Position numbers and translations under genes: made by a program. DNA of 64,000 nucleotides from Octopus sinensis (Eukaryota): positions 63,984,001-64,048,000 of the forward strand of contig NC_043001.1 of the NCBI RefSeq assembly GCF_006345805.1, written 5' to 3'. The notes beneath the pieces were generated by a model, which was not told the DNA's origin, did no database searches, and saw only the letters and a program-made list of their open reading frames with translations. Below, one piece after another: positions 24,340 to 37,250 of the stretch (within the stretch, counting starts at the first letter, position 1; every line of letters begins with the position of its first letter).

Positions 24340-26346
24340 AGAGACCCCAAAATAACAAACCTATCTAAAAGAGAACTTAGCAAAAATGAATGAACCTACT
24401 ACTAAAAGGCCTATCGTACTAAAATCTGATACAGATAACTTTAGCCGCCACCTCCGCCTTATGGAATTCTTTGAAATAAGGAAACAGAAGATAATACAAT
24501 CATAAGAAACAAATCCCATTTCACCCCTTACAAGGGAAGTGACAAACACCTAGATGCATACATAGAGACAATCTCCAAATTCCCTCTCAATACACATAAA
24601 TACAAACAGAACCTCCGTCTGCGGAGAAAAACAAGCCTTACAAAAACTAAAAAATGTGAAGTCGATCATTATAAAAGAAGCTGACAAAGGTAGGGCAATA
24701 GTAATTATGGATATAGATTTCTACAAAGAAAAGATACTGGAGATGCTTAACAACCAGACATATGCAACTCAAGAACCAAAGAAAGCAACTTTTATGGATT
24801 ACCTAAAATTCATAAAAGCTCGGAAATACAGAGAGCCATAAAGGAACAGAGGAACCACTATATAAGAGTACAAAGGCCTGCAGACCTCACAATGAGACCA
24901 ATAGTGGCAGGGCTCCAGGCACCAACACAGCAACTAAGCCACTTCACAGATGTACTCCTCAAACCTTTATGCCCACTGATACCAAGCTACATAAGGCATG
25001 ACATAGACTTCCTCACACACATTCCAAATACGGCTCCGGAAAACACCATACTTGCAAGCTTCGATGTCACAAACTTAGACACGAACATACCACACACCCT
25101 GGGTCTGGAAGCAATAAAACAATGAGTAGAAAAATACAGGGAACTCGTAGATAAACGTTTCAAAACAAACTTTATCATCAAAGCCACCCAACTAATACTT
25201 GAAGAAAACACATTCTCATTTAACTGCACCTTCATATGCCAACCTGGTGATGGGTTTCCTTGAGAACAAACTATACTTGAAAGAGTGAAAATCTTTGAAC
25301 ATGACTTCAGAGAAGACATCAAGAAAAAGTGGAAACGCTACCTCGATGACAGTTTCATCTTTTGGAACAGATCAGAAGATCTACGAACATTTCACAACAT
25401 CCTCAACACACTGCATCCATCTATCAACTTCATGATAGATACCAGCCACAACAAACTTCCCTTCCTAGATATCAACATCAAGATACACAACTCCATTGTC
25501 ACAACAGACATCTACTACAAAAACCGACACACTCCAATATTTAGATTTCTACTCATCCCACCCATCCCACATAAAAAGAAACATTCAATATATGACAAGA
25601 CATATATGCAGCATAGTAACCGACTCGCAAACACACCAAATAAGACTAAATGAACTTTAAAATTTCCTACTAGAACAAAAATACCCACTCAAATTAATAG
25701 AAAACAGAATGAAACTGGACATCACACATATCAGAACTCCAAAAATGAAAAATAAAGAAAACATCATCCCTTTCATAAACACACACAACCCTGGAGTTAC
25801 CAACATGTTTCAAATCATACATTCAAACTTACCAATAGTCCTACAAAGCCCCAAAATGCGAAAGATATTAAACAAATATTGCATAAAAAACAGTAAACCC
25901 CAAAAGAAAAACCTGAAGAAACAACTAACAAGAGCGAAGTTCTCATCAGAGACTAAAGCCAAATTCTTTGTAAAAGAGTGTGGAGATGGTAGATGTGGGA
26001 TCTACAAATATATAGCGGGAAACAAACAAATAAAATTTAAGAGTGGCCACACATTCAAAGTAAATGCAGACATGAATTGCAAGACGTAATATACTGCATA
26101 CACCCCACACGCAAGGAGGATTATATAGGTGAAACTGGAAATTCTTTATGCCAGCAAGCCAGAATTCACCGACAACATGTCCTACAGGAGGAACTGCAAA
26201 AACTTCCACTGAGTAAACACTTAGATACATGTGGAGAAGGAAAATGCAAGATCTTTCTCTTCTATAAATGCCCAAGGAATGACACCTTCAGGAAAAACAT
26301 GGAAAAATACTTCATAACAAAGTTCTCCCCCAAACTAAATGGCTGA
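24340..26346 (+). mobile_element. Decayed Penelope-like element ORF (RT + GIY-YIG)
   Basis: IIIKEADKGRAIVIMD; MRPIVAG; SFDVTNLDTNIPH; WKRYLDDSF; LPFLDI; CGDGRCG; VIYCI...DYIGETG. Many stops and frameshifts. Confidence 0.92.
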
Positions 26347-27029
26347 AAATAGTTCTGTACTGATTTGTACTGGATGAAGGACCAATTTTGTAAAGTAAAT
26401 TGTATTAAACACACACACACACACACACGAACGCACACAGTACAATACATATGTGCATATATGTAAACAAACAATCTGACATCCAGATTCTCCAACCCAT
26501 ACCAGCACGGGAATCAAATATCCGATTGAAAGAACTTAACAGCGGTATAGATGTCAACACAATTTTTTCTTCCTTCTTTCTTTCCTTCCCTCTTCCATTG
26601 AGACTCCTTTCAGATAAACAGGCACCCACACACACATATGCAAACATACACACACACACACACACTCTCTCACTGGACATTGATGAAAAGAAATCCAGGA
26701 CAATATTTTGAAAAATAACTTTTATCAAAACAAGATGGCCCCTCTCGCCTTGGAGTAGCCACCTGGTTTTACCATTTTTAAAAGACCAAGAATCACTTTC
26801 TATTGAAAGAACTGACCAGCTGTATAGAAGTAAACACTTTTTCTTCTTTCTCTCTTCCTTCTTCCTTTCCTTCTCTTTTCCATTAACACTTCTTTCAGAT
26901 ACAAGGGCAAACGCCCACATACACACACACACAGACACTCCCTCTCACTTTCTCCGCATTTCTCACCCTCTTTTACTATTCTGTATCTCTCTCCACCCCA
27001 ACACACTCAATAATACTATAAAAACTATG

Positions 27030-27765
27030 CAACTATGGTTGCAGAACAAACAAATACAAGGTCATCCACGTAACATTTCATATCTCGAACATTTAATTAC
27101 ATAATGCTTTTTCTTTCACATAGAATATACATCACGGAAGATGAAACATAACTCATCAGTACAAGCATACAAGAAAATGCAAGAAAAATGTGTGAATACA
27201 GTTCATCACGGTTAAAAGTTAATACTTTAGCTATTAAGAAATATATATATTTTAAAAAAAAAATCACAACACCTAGAATAATAAATACGTAAAAATATAA
27301 AGTAATATATAAATATATAGATATATAAAAAAGTATATAAAAATATAGGAAGCATATAAATAAGTAATATATAATATATAAGGTAAGATAAAAGTTCATC
27401 GTTTAGAAAATTTTTTTCATTAAAAATTACTTTTCAGATTAGGGAAACCTATAGTTAAAAGCCAGTGTCCAAGCAAAAAAGAAGAAACCATATTTGCATT
27501 CCCTATGGCCATTTGAAGGGTATATTACTGTATTTAATGCACGAGGGTGCATCACAATAATAGCTCTTTCGTCAGGGGAAAAAATAGAGAGACAGACCTC
27601 CTTAACCAGACCTAACACAATATTGTGTGGTTTCTTATTTAAGAAGTCATGCTTAGACCAGCCCAAATGAAAGAATTATAGCAGTAATTCTATGTGAAAG
27701 AAATGTTCGAGATATGAAATATTACATGGATGACCTTGTATTTGTTTGTTCTGCAACCATAGTTT
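27030..27765. repeat. pLTR-like segment bounded by ~63-bp inverted repeats, with two hammerhead-like motifs
   Basis: 27032-27094 pairs with 27701-27764. Motifs at ~27068-27162 (-) and 27499-27580 (-). Confidence 0.65.
27499..27580 (-). ncRNA. Type I hammerhead motif with G12C substitution
   Basis: UUCCC-CUGACGA-AAG..UAUUAUUGU GAUGCAC/GUGCAUU ACAGUAAUA..CUU-CAAA-UGGCCA-UA-GGGAA: 5-bp stem I, palindrome AUGGCCAU. Confidence 0.65.
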
Positions 27766-27811
27766 AATACACATCATTTATATACATACACAAAATATTG
27801 TGTATGTGTGT

Positions 27812-29431
27812 AGGCTCAGTCCTCAGCCCCCTCCTATTTATCATAGTCCTCCAGGCAATAACAGAGGAATTCAAGACAGGATGCCCCAGGGAGCTCCTCT
27901 ATGCTGATGACCTTGCTCTAATTGCTGAGTCACTATCAGAACTGGAGGAGAAGTTTCAGGTGTGGAAGCAAGGTTTAGAATTGAAGGGCTTTAGAGTCAA
28001 TCTAGCTAAAACCAAAGTCGTAATAAGTAGGAAGGTAGACAAATCACAAACGCCTTCAGGTAGATGGCCCTGCTCGATCTGTAGAAAAGGTGTAGGTAGA
28101 AACTCTATAAGATGCACGAAGTGTAAGCTATGGACACATAAGAGGTGCAGCAATGTCAAAGGAAGGCTAACTAGGAAGATGGTTTTTATATGCGGCAGAT
28201 GTTTGGGAGCATTAACCTCTGAGAATCTGCAGAAAACAACTTCCGTCACTTTCCAGGGGGAAAAACTAGAAGTAGTTGATAGCTTCCGTTATCTTGGTGA
28301 CCAAGTCAGTAGTGGGGGTGGGTGTGCTGAAAGTGTAACGGCTAGAGTAAGAATAGCCTGGGCAAAGTTTAGGGAGCTCTTACCTCTGCTGGTGACTAAA
28401 GGCCTCTCGCTCAGAGTAAAAGGCAGACTGTATGATGCATGTGTACGAACAGCCATGCTACATGGCAGTGAAACATGGGCCGTGACTGCTGAGGACATGC
28501 GTAAGCTCGCGAGAAATGAAGTCAGTATGCTCCGATGGATGTGTAATGTCAGTGTGCATGCTCGACAGAGCGTTAGTATCCTGAGAGAGATGTTGGACCT
28601 AAGGAACATCAGTTGTGGTGTGCAAGAGAGACGATTGCGCTGGTATGGTCATGTGGCGAGAATGGATGAAGATAGGTGTGTGAAAAAGTTCCAATCCCTA
28701 GCAGTGGAGGGAACCCATGGAAGAGGTAGACCCAGGAAAACTTGGGATGAAGTGGTGAAGCACGACCTTTGAACTTTAGGTCTCACTGAGGAAATGACCA
28801 GAGACCGAGACCTTTGGAAATATACTGTGCGTGAAAAGACCAGGCAGGACAAGTGAGTCCAGCCCACTTATGCATGCCTTTCCTCCCTTGGACACACAAA
28901 GACCTGTTGAGGCAAGCGAAGTCAATATTGAACCTCATCCGACGACAGGCACCTATGCTTGCGAAGACCTGTTGGGGCAAGTGAAATCGGAATCGAAATT
29001 GAACCAATCCTATGACTGGCACCCGGCAGATGCCAGGACCCCTGGACTGGAGATACGTAAAAAGCACTATCCGAATCGTGGTCGATGCCAGCGCCGCCTC
29101 GACTGGCTTCCGTGTCGGTGGCATGTAAAAAGCAGCATCCAAATCGTGGCCGAAGCCACTGCCGCCTCCACTGGCTTCCGTGCAGGTGGCACGTAAAATG
29201 CACCAATCCGACCGTGGCCGATGCCAGCCTCGCCTGGCACCAGTGCAGGTGGAACGTAAAAAGCACCCACTACACTCACGGAGTGGTTGGCGTTAGGAAG
29301 GGCATCCAGCTGTAGAAACATTGCCAGATAAGACCGGAGCCTGGTGCAGCCTTCTGGCTTCCCAGATCCCCGGTCGAACCGTCCAACCCATGCTAGCATG
29401 GAGAATGGACATTAAACGATGATGATGATGA

Positions 29432-29433
<2 letters not shown>
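27812..29433 (+). mobile_element. 5'-truncated RTE-clade LINE (RT C-half with PHD-like insert, 3' UTR with tandem repeats, (GAT)n tail)
   Basis: ORF 27798-28772: GSVLSPLLF, LLYADDLAL, FRYLG, HGSETW, RLRWYGHV, RGRPRKTW. Confidence 0.93.
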
Positions 29434-29471
<38 letters not shown>

Positions 29472-29532
29472 TATACACACAATATATTTATATTTATACA
29501 CAACACACACACACACACACATTCACACACAT

Positions 29533-29579
<47 letters not shown>

Positions 29580-29589
29580 ATACATCTCT

Positions 29590-30220
29590 TCTACTCTTGT
29601 ACTCGTTTCAGCCATACAGTCGTAATCATGCTGGAGCACTGCTATGGTGTTTCTGACTTCCTCAGACTGGGTGTTTCACATCACCACTTCTGTATGTGCC
29701 TTTGTCCCAGCTGTTGGTACATTTGGTGTATAATGGAGTTTGATTCCGTTGCCCTTGTCTGTACCGCATTTCGGGCTGTTAGTTCATCCAGAATTGTGGA
29801 GAGTAAGATGTCCAATTCTTTTTTGAAGACATGTACTTCCACCTTATACAAATTTCTTAATTTTTGTGGCAGGACATTTAAAAGCTGTGGGCTTTTGAAC
29901 CCTAGACTATTGCAATACCTAGTCCTGAATTTAGTTGGAGTGGACGGTACCTTTGGTACAATACAATGTCAGCCAGTTCTGGCATTTGTATAACGCTCAA
30001 TGCCAAAGTTAGGTACTAGCCCTTCTAGGATTTTACATATGTATATTATTGCATATCTCTCACGCCTTCACTCCAGGGAGAAAGCTATAGTTTCTTAGCC
30101 AATCTCTATTGTTCATCCGCTGCACTGTTTACAATCTTTTTAATGTAGTCACATTGGACTGCTTGAAGCTCCGCCGTTAGTGCGGCACTATGTGGTGACC
30201 ATAACTGATAGCATTAACTG
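29590..30220 (-). mobile_element. Decayed CR1/L2-group LINE 3' fragment with tail
   Basis: QLWSPH...SLE*RRERYAIIYI...LEGLVPNFGI...YCNSLGFKSPQLLNVLPQ, homologous to 59899-60420. Confidence 0.85.
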
Positions 30221-30222
30221 AA

Positions 30223-32771
30223 TAATATGGCAACCAAATAATTGTCAGATATTATATTACAGATAAATTCCTCTATTTACAGAATATCGAGGTCTCATTC
30301 ATTCTTTTGTTGTCATACCATTTCTATTAATAAATTATCTCCTGTAACACAACTATTTTTTCCTAAAAGATCATACAGCTTGTTTTGAAAAATCACCATA
30401 AATCGGTTGAGGACTCTGCCCTGCAGAAGAATTCAATATGGACGCCTACAACATCGATTATTCTATGGAAAACATACCTATACCAACCAAGGAACTAAAC
30501 TCTAAGAAACTTTTGGAGAAAATTACAGACTTTATTAAGCGTATGAGATGGAAAACTTTCTTTTACAACATGGACACTACAGAGAACATATTCTATGGAA
30601 TTAAATCAAAGAAATTCCCTCCAAAAATCAAAGGCTTGGAAAACTTTGAAGCAGACCTACTGAAGCTCATTAACAAAATAAAATTTCATGTCTTTTAACA
30701 CTTTTCAACAGAAACTGAAAAAAGATATCAAATACATAAAGAGTTTAAAAAAAACAGCACTTTTTCATGATAAAACCAAGAACTTATACCTTGTAGAAAA
30801 CAGCACATATTCACAACTCCTACACAACAGCATCATTAATAATTACACCAAAGCTAGGCCAGAAATTTATAATGAAATTAATAAAGAAGCTAGCATCATT
30901 GCCGCCTGATATAAAAAAATAGAGGTTATTTGAAAAAAAGAGGCCTTTATAACTATTAAAGACCATAAAAAGAACTTCGTAGCTAATCCTAAATGTAAGC
31001 TTATTAACCCAGCTTAATCAGAAATTGATATTATTAGTAAAGAAATTTTAGGAAAAATTAATGCAAAAGTCAGAAATGCTACTAGGTTAGTACAATGGTC
31101 CAATAGTATAGAAGTCCTTGATTGGTATAGAAGTAGTATAGAAGCCATTAGGAATAAGAATAAAGCGAGATTTACACAATTTGACATTGTCGATTTCTAT
31201 TCCTCTATCTCTAAGGAACTGCTAGATAAAGCCCTCACCTTCGCAAGCGAATTTATAGAAATTTGTACACAAGATATCCTGACGTATATTTCGTCATGTA
31301 CAAAGATGATGCTTTGTATCCAAATGATGAAAACTTTCGGTCTTAGCATAACTACAGATACCAACCCAACGGTTGTCAATTTCCTAGATGTATCCTTAGA
31401 TTTAAATAAGAATATTACAAACCTTATAGGAAGCCCAATGATAGACTTAGTTATATTAATGTAGGTTCCTGCCATCCCTCCATAGTGTTAAAAAATTTAG
31501 TTAAAAACATTAGCAAAGGAATGTCTAGCCTCTCCTCCGATAGGGACATTTTTAATAGTGTTGCCCCAGTATATAATAATGCTCTAAAAGATAGTGGGTT
31601 TAGCGAGGAAATAACCTATACACCTGTAATCATTCCAATAATAAAGTAAAGGAAACATAGGAATAGGAAAACTATCTGTTTCACACACCCTTACTCCCCT
31701 GAAGTGATCTTTAATATAGGTAAATATTTCTTAGCACTTCTAGATAGACATTTTCCAATCAATCATACTTACAGATAGCTCCTCAATAGACATTACTTAA
31801 AAATCAGTTTTAGCTCAACTACTAATTTTAAAAATATAATTGCTCACAACACACAAAAACAACAAAATGAAACCAGCTGTTCATGCAGGGATAAAAATTT
31901 GTACCAGCTAAATGGAGCTTGCATGTACCAGACCATCATTTAAGAAGCCACCGTGCACTCTACAACCACTAAGGATATAGTTTCGTCAAAGAAATATGTG
32001 GGTCTCACCGAGGGGTATTTCAAAGCTAGGTTCAACAATCACACCTTGAGCTTCAAACACTGGGATAAAAGAAAAGCAACCAAATTATCCATTCATATAT
32101 GGTCCTTAAAAGAAAAAAGGTGTCAATTACAACTTCCATTGGAAGATCTTAGCCAAGTGTAAGTCTTATACCAACGGCAGTGGAAAGTGCGGACTTTGTG
32201 ATATGTAAAGATGGCTCATCTGGAAAAGCAGCTTAAACTCCGCTACATGTCTAAATTCAAGAACTGAACATTTTGGATCATGTCCACATATGGCTAAATA
32301 TTTGTCACGTTTTTGGTCCGTTAATGATCAGAGATAGAACCAGCTTTTTATATTGTGTCCAAGTACAAGCATTTTATCTTTCTGTATTTTTATATATATA
32401 TTTTTTTAAATTCTTATATATATATTTTATATATTTTTATTGCCTTATATATTTTTACATATTTTTTCTGTATATTACATTCCCCCTGCATTTTCTTGTG
32501 CATGTACATATATAGACGTGTCTATGAACATATTTGTTCGCTTTTGGGTACATTTACGTGTGGGTATGTGTGTACATGTGTATGGTTGCATATATATGTG
32601 GGTGTACATGCATGTGTTTCACGCGAATGTCAGTAAGCATATGCATATATAGCATGTGCGTATTTAGACGTTAATAACTGATGAGATACCGGAGCAGTCT
32701 TCCGCCCTGACATCCAAAATTTGGAGTTTTAATATGGCAACCGAATAATTGTCGCATATTATATTACAGAT
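30223..32771 (+). mobile_element. Penelope-like element with direct terminal repeats (pLTR); internal RT deletion
   Basis: MDAYNIDYSMENIPIP...FIKRMRWK; FDIVDFYSSI; KKYVGLTEGYFKARFNNH. Direct repeat TAATATGGCAACC.AATAATTGTC..ATATTATATTACAGAT at ~30223 and ~32730. Hammerhead relic at 32675-32732. Confidence 0.9.
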
Positions 32772-32820
32772 TTATACAATATATATATATTACTTAAAAG
32801 CAGCAGAAATATAACAAAAG

Positions 32821-32858
32821 CTGTTACTCAGAGTTTCACGTTCCCGTTCGTCAGACAG
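32821..32858 (-). ncRNA. Minimal type I hammerhead ribozyme, intact core
   Basis: CUGU-CUGACGA-ACG GGAA CGU-GAAA-CUC U GAG-UA-ACAG: all conserved core residues present, GUA triplet, 1-nt loop 3. Confidence 0.85.
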
Positions 32859-32944
32859 TTTTTTTAAAATAAAACAGAAATAACAATATGTTCAAAACTA
32901 GTTGAAGGATACACCTTTAAAAGTGGATTTGTTTCATATATATA

Positions 32945-34252
32945 CAGTTGCGGCCAAAATGTTCAGAACGGCATTGTTTTCGTCAGAAAAGTAGGTATCA
33001 GTTTTTATATTAAAGTTGTTTTATATTCTATAATTTTCACAGACAATAAATACAGTATTAATTGGTATTGTCTGAGATTTTGGTGTAATTTGAGAGGATA
33101 CAAAAGTTATGGATGATTTAGTGATTTACTGCAAAACCCATGGCGGCCAAAATGATCAGAACGGTTGAAAAATTACAAAATAATCAAAAATGACAGAGAA
33201 TATTGGAATTATTTAATATTTAGTGTGAAGCCCTTTAGCTTCAATCACACTCTGCATGAGGAAATTAAATTTTCAATTTCTTGCTGGGTGATCTTATTCC
33301 ATTCTTCCTGAAGGGCATTCCATAATTGCTCAGTTGTTTTAGGATTTCTGGCTTTCAAACGTTCTCCTAGAATATTCCACACATTTTCAATAGGATTGAG
33401 ATGTGGGCTTTGAGCTGGCCAATCCATAACAATAACCTTTTCAACCTTGAGGAAGTTCATGACCACCTTAGCCTTGTGACATGGGGCATTGTCCTGCATG
33501 AATATGGGTGGTCGCTTAGTTGAATTTCTCAGCACAGGCAAGACATGATCTTTTACAAGTTGTTTATAAACTCCTGCATTTAACTTTCCATGTAATCGCA
33601 CCAAAGGGCACACACCATCTCCAGATATCATTCCCTAAACCATGACACTTCCTCAACCGAATTTAACACTAGTCTTAAGGCATTTAGGCAACAATTTTTC
33701 ACCTACTTTTCTACGAACGTACCTTTTCCCATCTGAGCCAAATAGCATAAACTTAGATTCATCACTGAAATGCACCGTTTGCCATTTTTCTTGAGACCAC
33801 AACATGTTTGGTTGTAAAGGTAAGACGACACTTTATTCTTGGAGCTGATCAGTGGCTTCACTGCAGGTGCTCTTGCTTGTAGGTCATGTTCAACTAAACG
33901 ACGAGACACAGTTTTTCGAGATAAAGTTTTCTTCAGTACAATGCTCATTTTTCGAGAAACAGCAGCAGCAATTTTAAATCTGTCCTTTTTAACCAACTTT
34001 ACCATAGCACGATCTTCTCTCTTGGTCGTTTTTCTTGGCCTATCTGTAAACTTTCTTGCTTCACACGAACCACAGTCATCGTAGACCTTAAGGATACCGT
34101 GAACAACACTTTTTGACTTGTTAACAATCTTTGCAATAGAACCAATACTTAAATAATCCTTCCTTCGAAGCTTAATAATCTGCTGACGAATTGGTAACGG
34201 AGTAAGTGGCGTTATTTTAACAAAGTACACCGCAAATATTCTTACTAATGTT
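32945..34252 (-). mobile_element. Tc1-family DNA transposon, one IR/DR end retained, transposase frameshifted
   Basis: TA|CAGTTGCGGCCAAAATGTTCAGAACGG with inner repeat GCGGCCAAAATGATCAGAACGG at ~33143. HTH region 33703-34230; HFSDES; FMQDNAPCH; WPAQSPHLNPIENVW. Confidence 0.92.
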
Positions 34253-34940
34253 TAGTTTGATCGTTGCCAGGGCCGCGGATTGGCTCCTATGCTGGTGGCA
34301 CATAAAAAGGTCAATTCGAGTGTGATCATTGCCAATGTCGCCTTACCAGTACATGTGCCGGTGCAACGTGAAAATCAACAGACTGACTCCCGTGCAGGTA
34401 GCACATCAAAAACACCTTTCGAGCATAGTCATTGCCAGAACCTGACTGGACCTCGTATCAGTGGCACGTAAAAGCACCACTACAGAGTGGTTGGCATTAG
34501 GAAAGGCATTCAGCTAGAGAAACTTTGCCAGATCAGATTGGAGCCTGGCGCAGCCTTCTGGCTCGCAAATCCTCAATCAAACCATCCAACCCATGCCAGC
34601 ATGGAAAGTGGATGTTAAACGACGATGATGTATATGATGATGATACATATATATATATACATATATATATGTATATATATACATATATTGTGTGTATGTA
34701 TATATATATATATTATATATATATATATATTATATATATATATATATATATAAATATATACATATATTGTGTGTATGTATATATATATATATATATACTT
34801 ATATACACACATTCTATATATATATATATAATTTCAGCAAAACAATTTAGATTCAAATGAATATGGTACTTAACTTAGATGCACCAGAATTTTTTTATGG
34901 TATTACCCATAAAATTATGTGGGGTGATTAAAACCAAAAA
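34253..34940. repeat. Left arm of a ~690-bp inverted duplication (RTE 3' UTR + TA tract + pLTR-like end); right arm 38498-39167
   Basis: Direct reverse-complement match that spans the junctions between unrelated repeats. Confidence 0.85.
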
Positions 34941-35125
34941 ATAAGCAACACGAATGGATCAGTAGTTTAGTACAATTGTTTCATACTATAAACATTTTAT
35001 TAAAGCTTCAAAAATGACAGCAAATATAATGTCAAGTAATCTTCAGCTAAATTTCATATAGGTTTTCCAAACTCTTAGAGAGTGTAAATATACTTATAAA
35101 GTTATAGATGTGAGTTCCAGGAACT

Positions 35126-37250
35126 TAGTTAGTTAGTTAGTTAGTTAATTTGGCTCAAAAGCAAATAGCAAGGCCATGTAGGGGGACATGGAGTTAAGTA
35201 AAGGGTGGTGTTCATGTAAAGAGTTCAGGCCACTTGAGGTCAAGGGAGGCTTTGAACAAAGCGGTCGTCGGCATCTTCACCATCTCGTCTGGCAGCTTGT
35301 TCCACGGATCCGCAACCCGGACGGAGAAAGCTCCTCTCCTTCGATTGAGATGAAATCGTCGCAGGTAGAGCTTTTCGGAATGACCCCGCAGCCGACGCTC
35401 TGGAGCAAGGGTGAAGAATAGCTCTTTCGAGAGATTACACTTTCCGCTTATGATGTTGTGGGCGAGAATGAGATCACCACGGCGGCGGCGTTTTTCAAGA
35501 GAACAAAGGTCGAGCGTCTTCAGCCTTTCTTCATAGGACAAATTTTTGAGACCATGAACCATGGGGGTAGCCAGCTTCTGGACTCTTTCGAGATGCTGTA
35601 TGTCTTTGAGGAGATAAGGAGAAGAGGCTCGAATCCCGTACTCCAATATGGGTCTCACCAGCGTGAACATAGAGTGGTAGGAATATGGCTGCTGTGAGCA
35701 TTCCGAATGACCGTCGAATCAAGAACAGAATTCCCCGTGCTTTGTTGGCAGCATTTACGCACTGGGCCGAAGGCGAAAAGGAGGAATCCACCAAGATACC
35801 CAGGTCCTTTACCTGATCGGTCCTCTCCAGCAGCAGACGACCCGGCTCGAAATCAAGTTGAGTTGCAGGAGGAGAGCCAACAGGCAGATGACAGCACTTT
35901 GACACGTTCAGACCACTTCCAAATTTGGTGGAGGCATCGACGAAGATCCTGTATATTACCGCGAGGAGCGACCAGTTTGATATCGTCGGCAAATAGAAGG
36001 GTGTATTGCGTGAGGTCGTCGGGCAAGTCATTTATGAAGACTAAGAACAATAAGGGCCCGGATGGAAACTATATGCTTGAAGCTTGACAAGTAATAGGCG
36101 GTGGTTTACCGAGTCAAAAGCTTTGGCAAAGTCCAATAAAACGATGTCAACAGCATCGCTATCATCGAGGATGCGCGTCACCAATTCTTCCATTACCAGT
36201 AAGTTGGTCAAGCATGATCTCTTCGGCACGAAGCCGTGTTGGGAATCAGAGATAGAGGCTGTGTTTTGGAGGTGGAGCATCATACTTTTTTAAGGATGGT
36301 TTCGAAGATCTTGCTGATTATTGATGTAAGGGAAACCGGTCGGTAGTTAGGCGGGTCTTCGCGGCTCCCTTTCTTGAAAATTGGGCAGATTATCGCTGTT
36401 CTCCAGTCCGCAGGTCTAACACCCGTCGCCAATGACATATTGAATAGACGTGTTAAGGGCTCGCAGATGACCGGAGTCAACGCTTTGGTAACCCGTGGGT
36501 GTATGCAGTCAGGGCCGTGACCCTTGTTGACATCGAGGCCTTGAATAACACGTTTGAATAACCAATCGAAGCATTGGAGGTACCGATCTATCAAATGGAG
36601 GGGGTTCACGACCATCATCTTGTTTGAAAATAGTTGAAAAAGCCTCGGCAAATAATTGACTCTGTTGATAAGGGTCCCCAATCGATACGCCTGTTGAGTC
36701 TATCAATGTTGCAATCTGGTTGTTCAAGCGGGAATTCCGTTGGACATGGGCAAAGAAGGTTTTTGGATTGCTACTGGCATTTGCCGCGATTTTGTATTCA
36801 TATCTGAAGCGTTCTTCCTTTTCAATTTTCACGGCTTCTCTCGTTGAGTTTTGTACACCTCAAAAGCTGCAGTCGAATCCAGATTTTTGAATTCAGCCCA
36901 AGCAATATCTCTGAGTCGACGTTCTCGTTTAACCTTCTTCGTCACCCAGGGCTTGTGTTTCTTCTTCTTGGGAAGCCCAACGGGAACTGCCTGGTCAGTC
37001 AACCAGATTATATATGCTTTGAGGGATGACCATAGTTCGTCAACTGAGGACAACGTCATCAGGGATCGCCAGCGCGGAAGCGTCGGTTAGAATTTCAAGA
37101 TTAATTGCAGAGAAGACTCTACGTGGCAGCGAAGTAGTCGAGGGCGTAGAAAAAGTTGTGTGCATGACGAACTTCAGGACCGCATGATCACTCTTGGCAA
37201 GAGGGGCTCACACAGATACGTCTGACACTGATCTTGGATAGCGGGAGAAT
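35126..37250 (-). mobile_element. CR1-clade LINE, 5'-truncated, (CTAA)n tail
   Basis: KSDHAVLKF; KGHGPDCIHP; NYRPVSLTS; QHGFVPKRSCLTNL; LDFAKAFDSV; LFADDIKL; LEKRRRRGDL. Tail reads TTAGTTAG on the + strand. Confidence 0.93.

Noticed and set aside
29055-29265. Regular ~65-bp repeats that superficially resemble a CRISPR array (also 7250-7450)
   Set aside because: Whole units are similar with no unique spacers, there are no cas genes, and they are part of an RTE 3' UTR in a eukaryotic genome.
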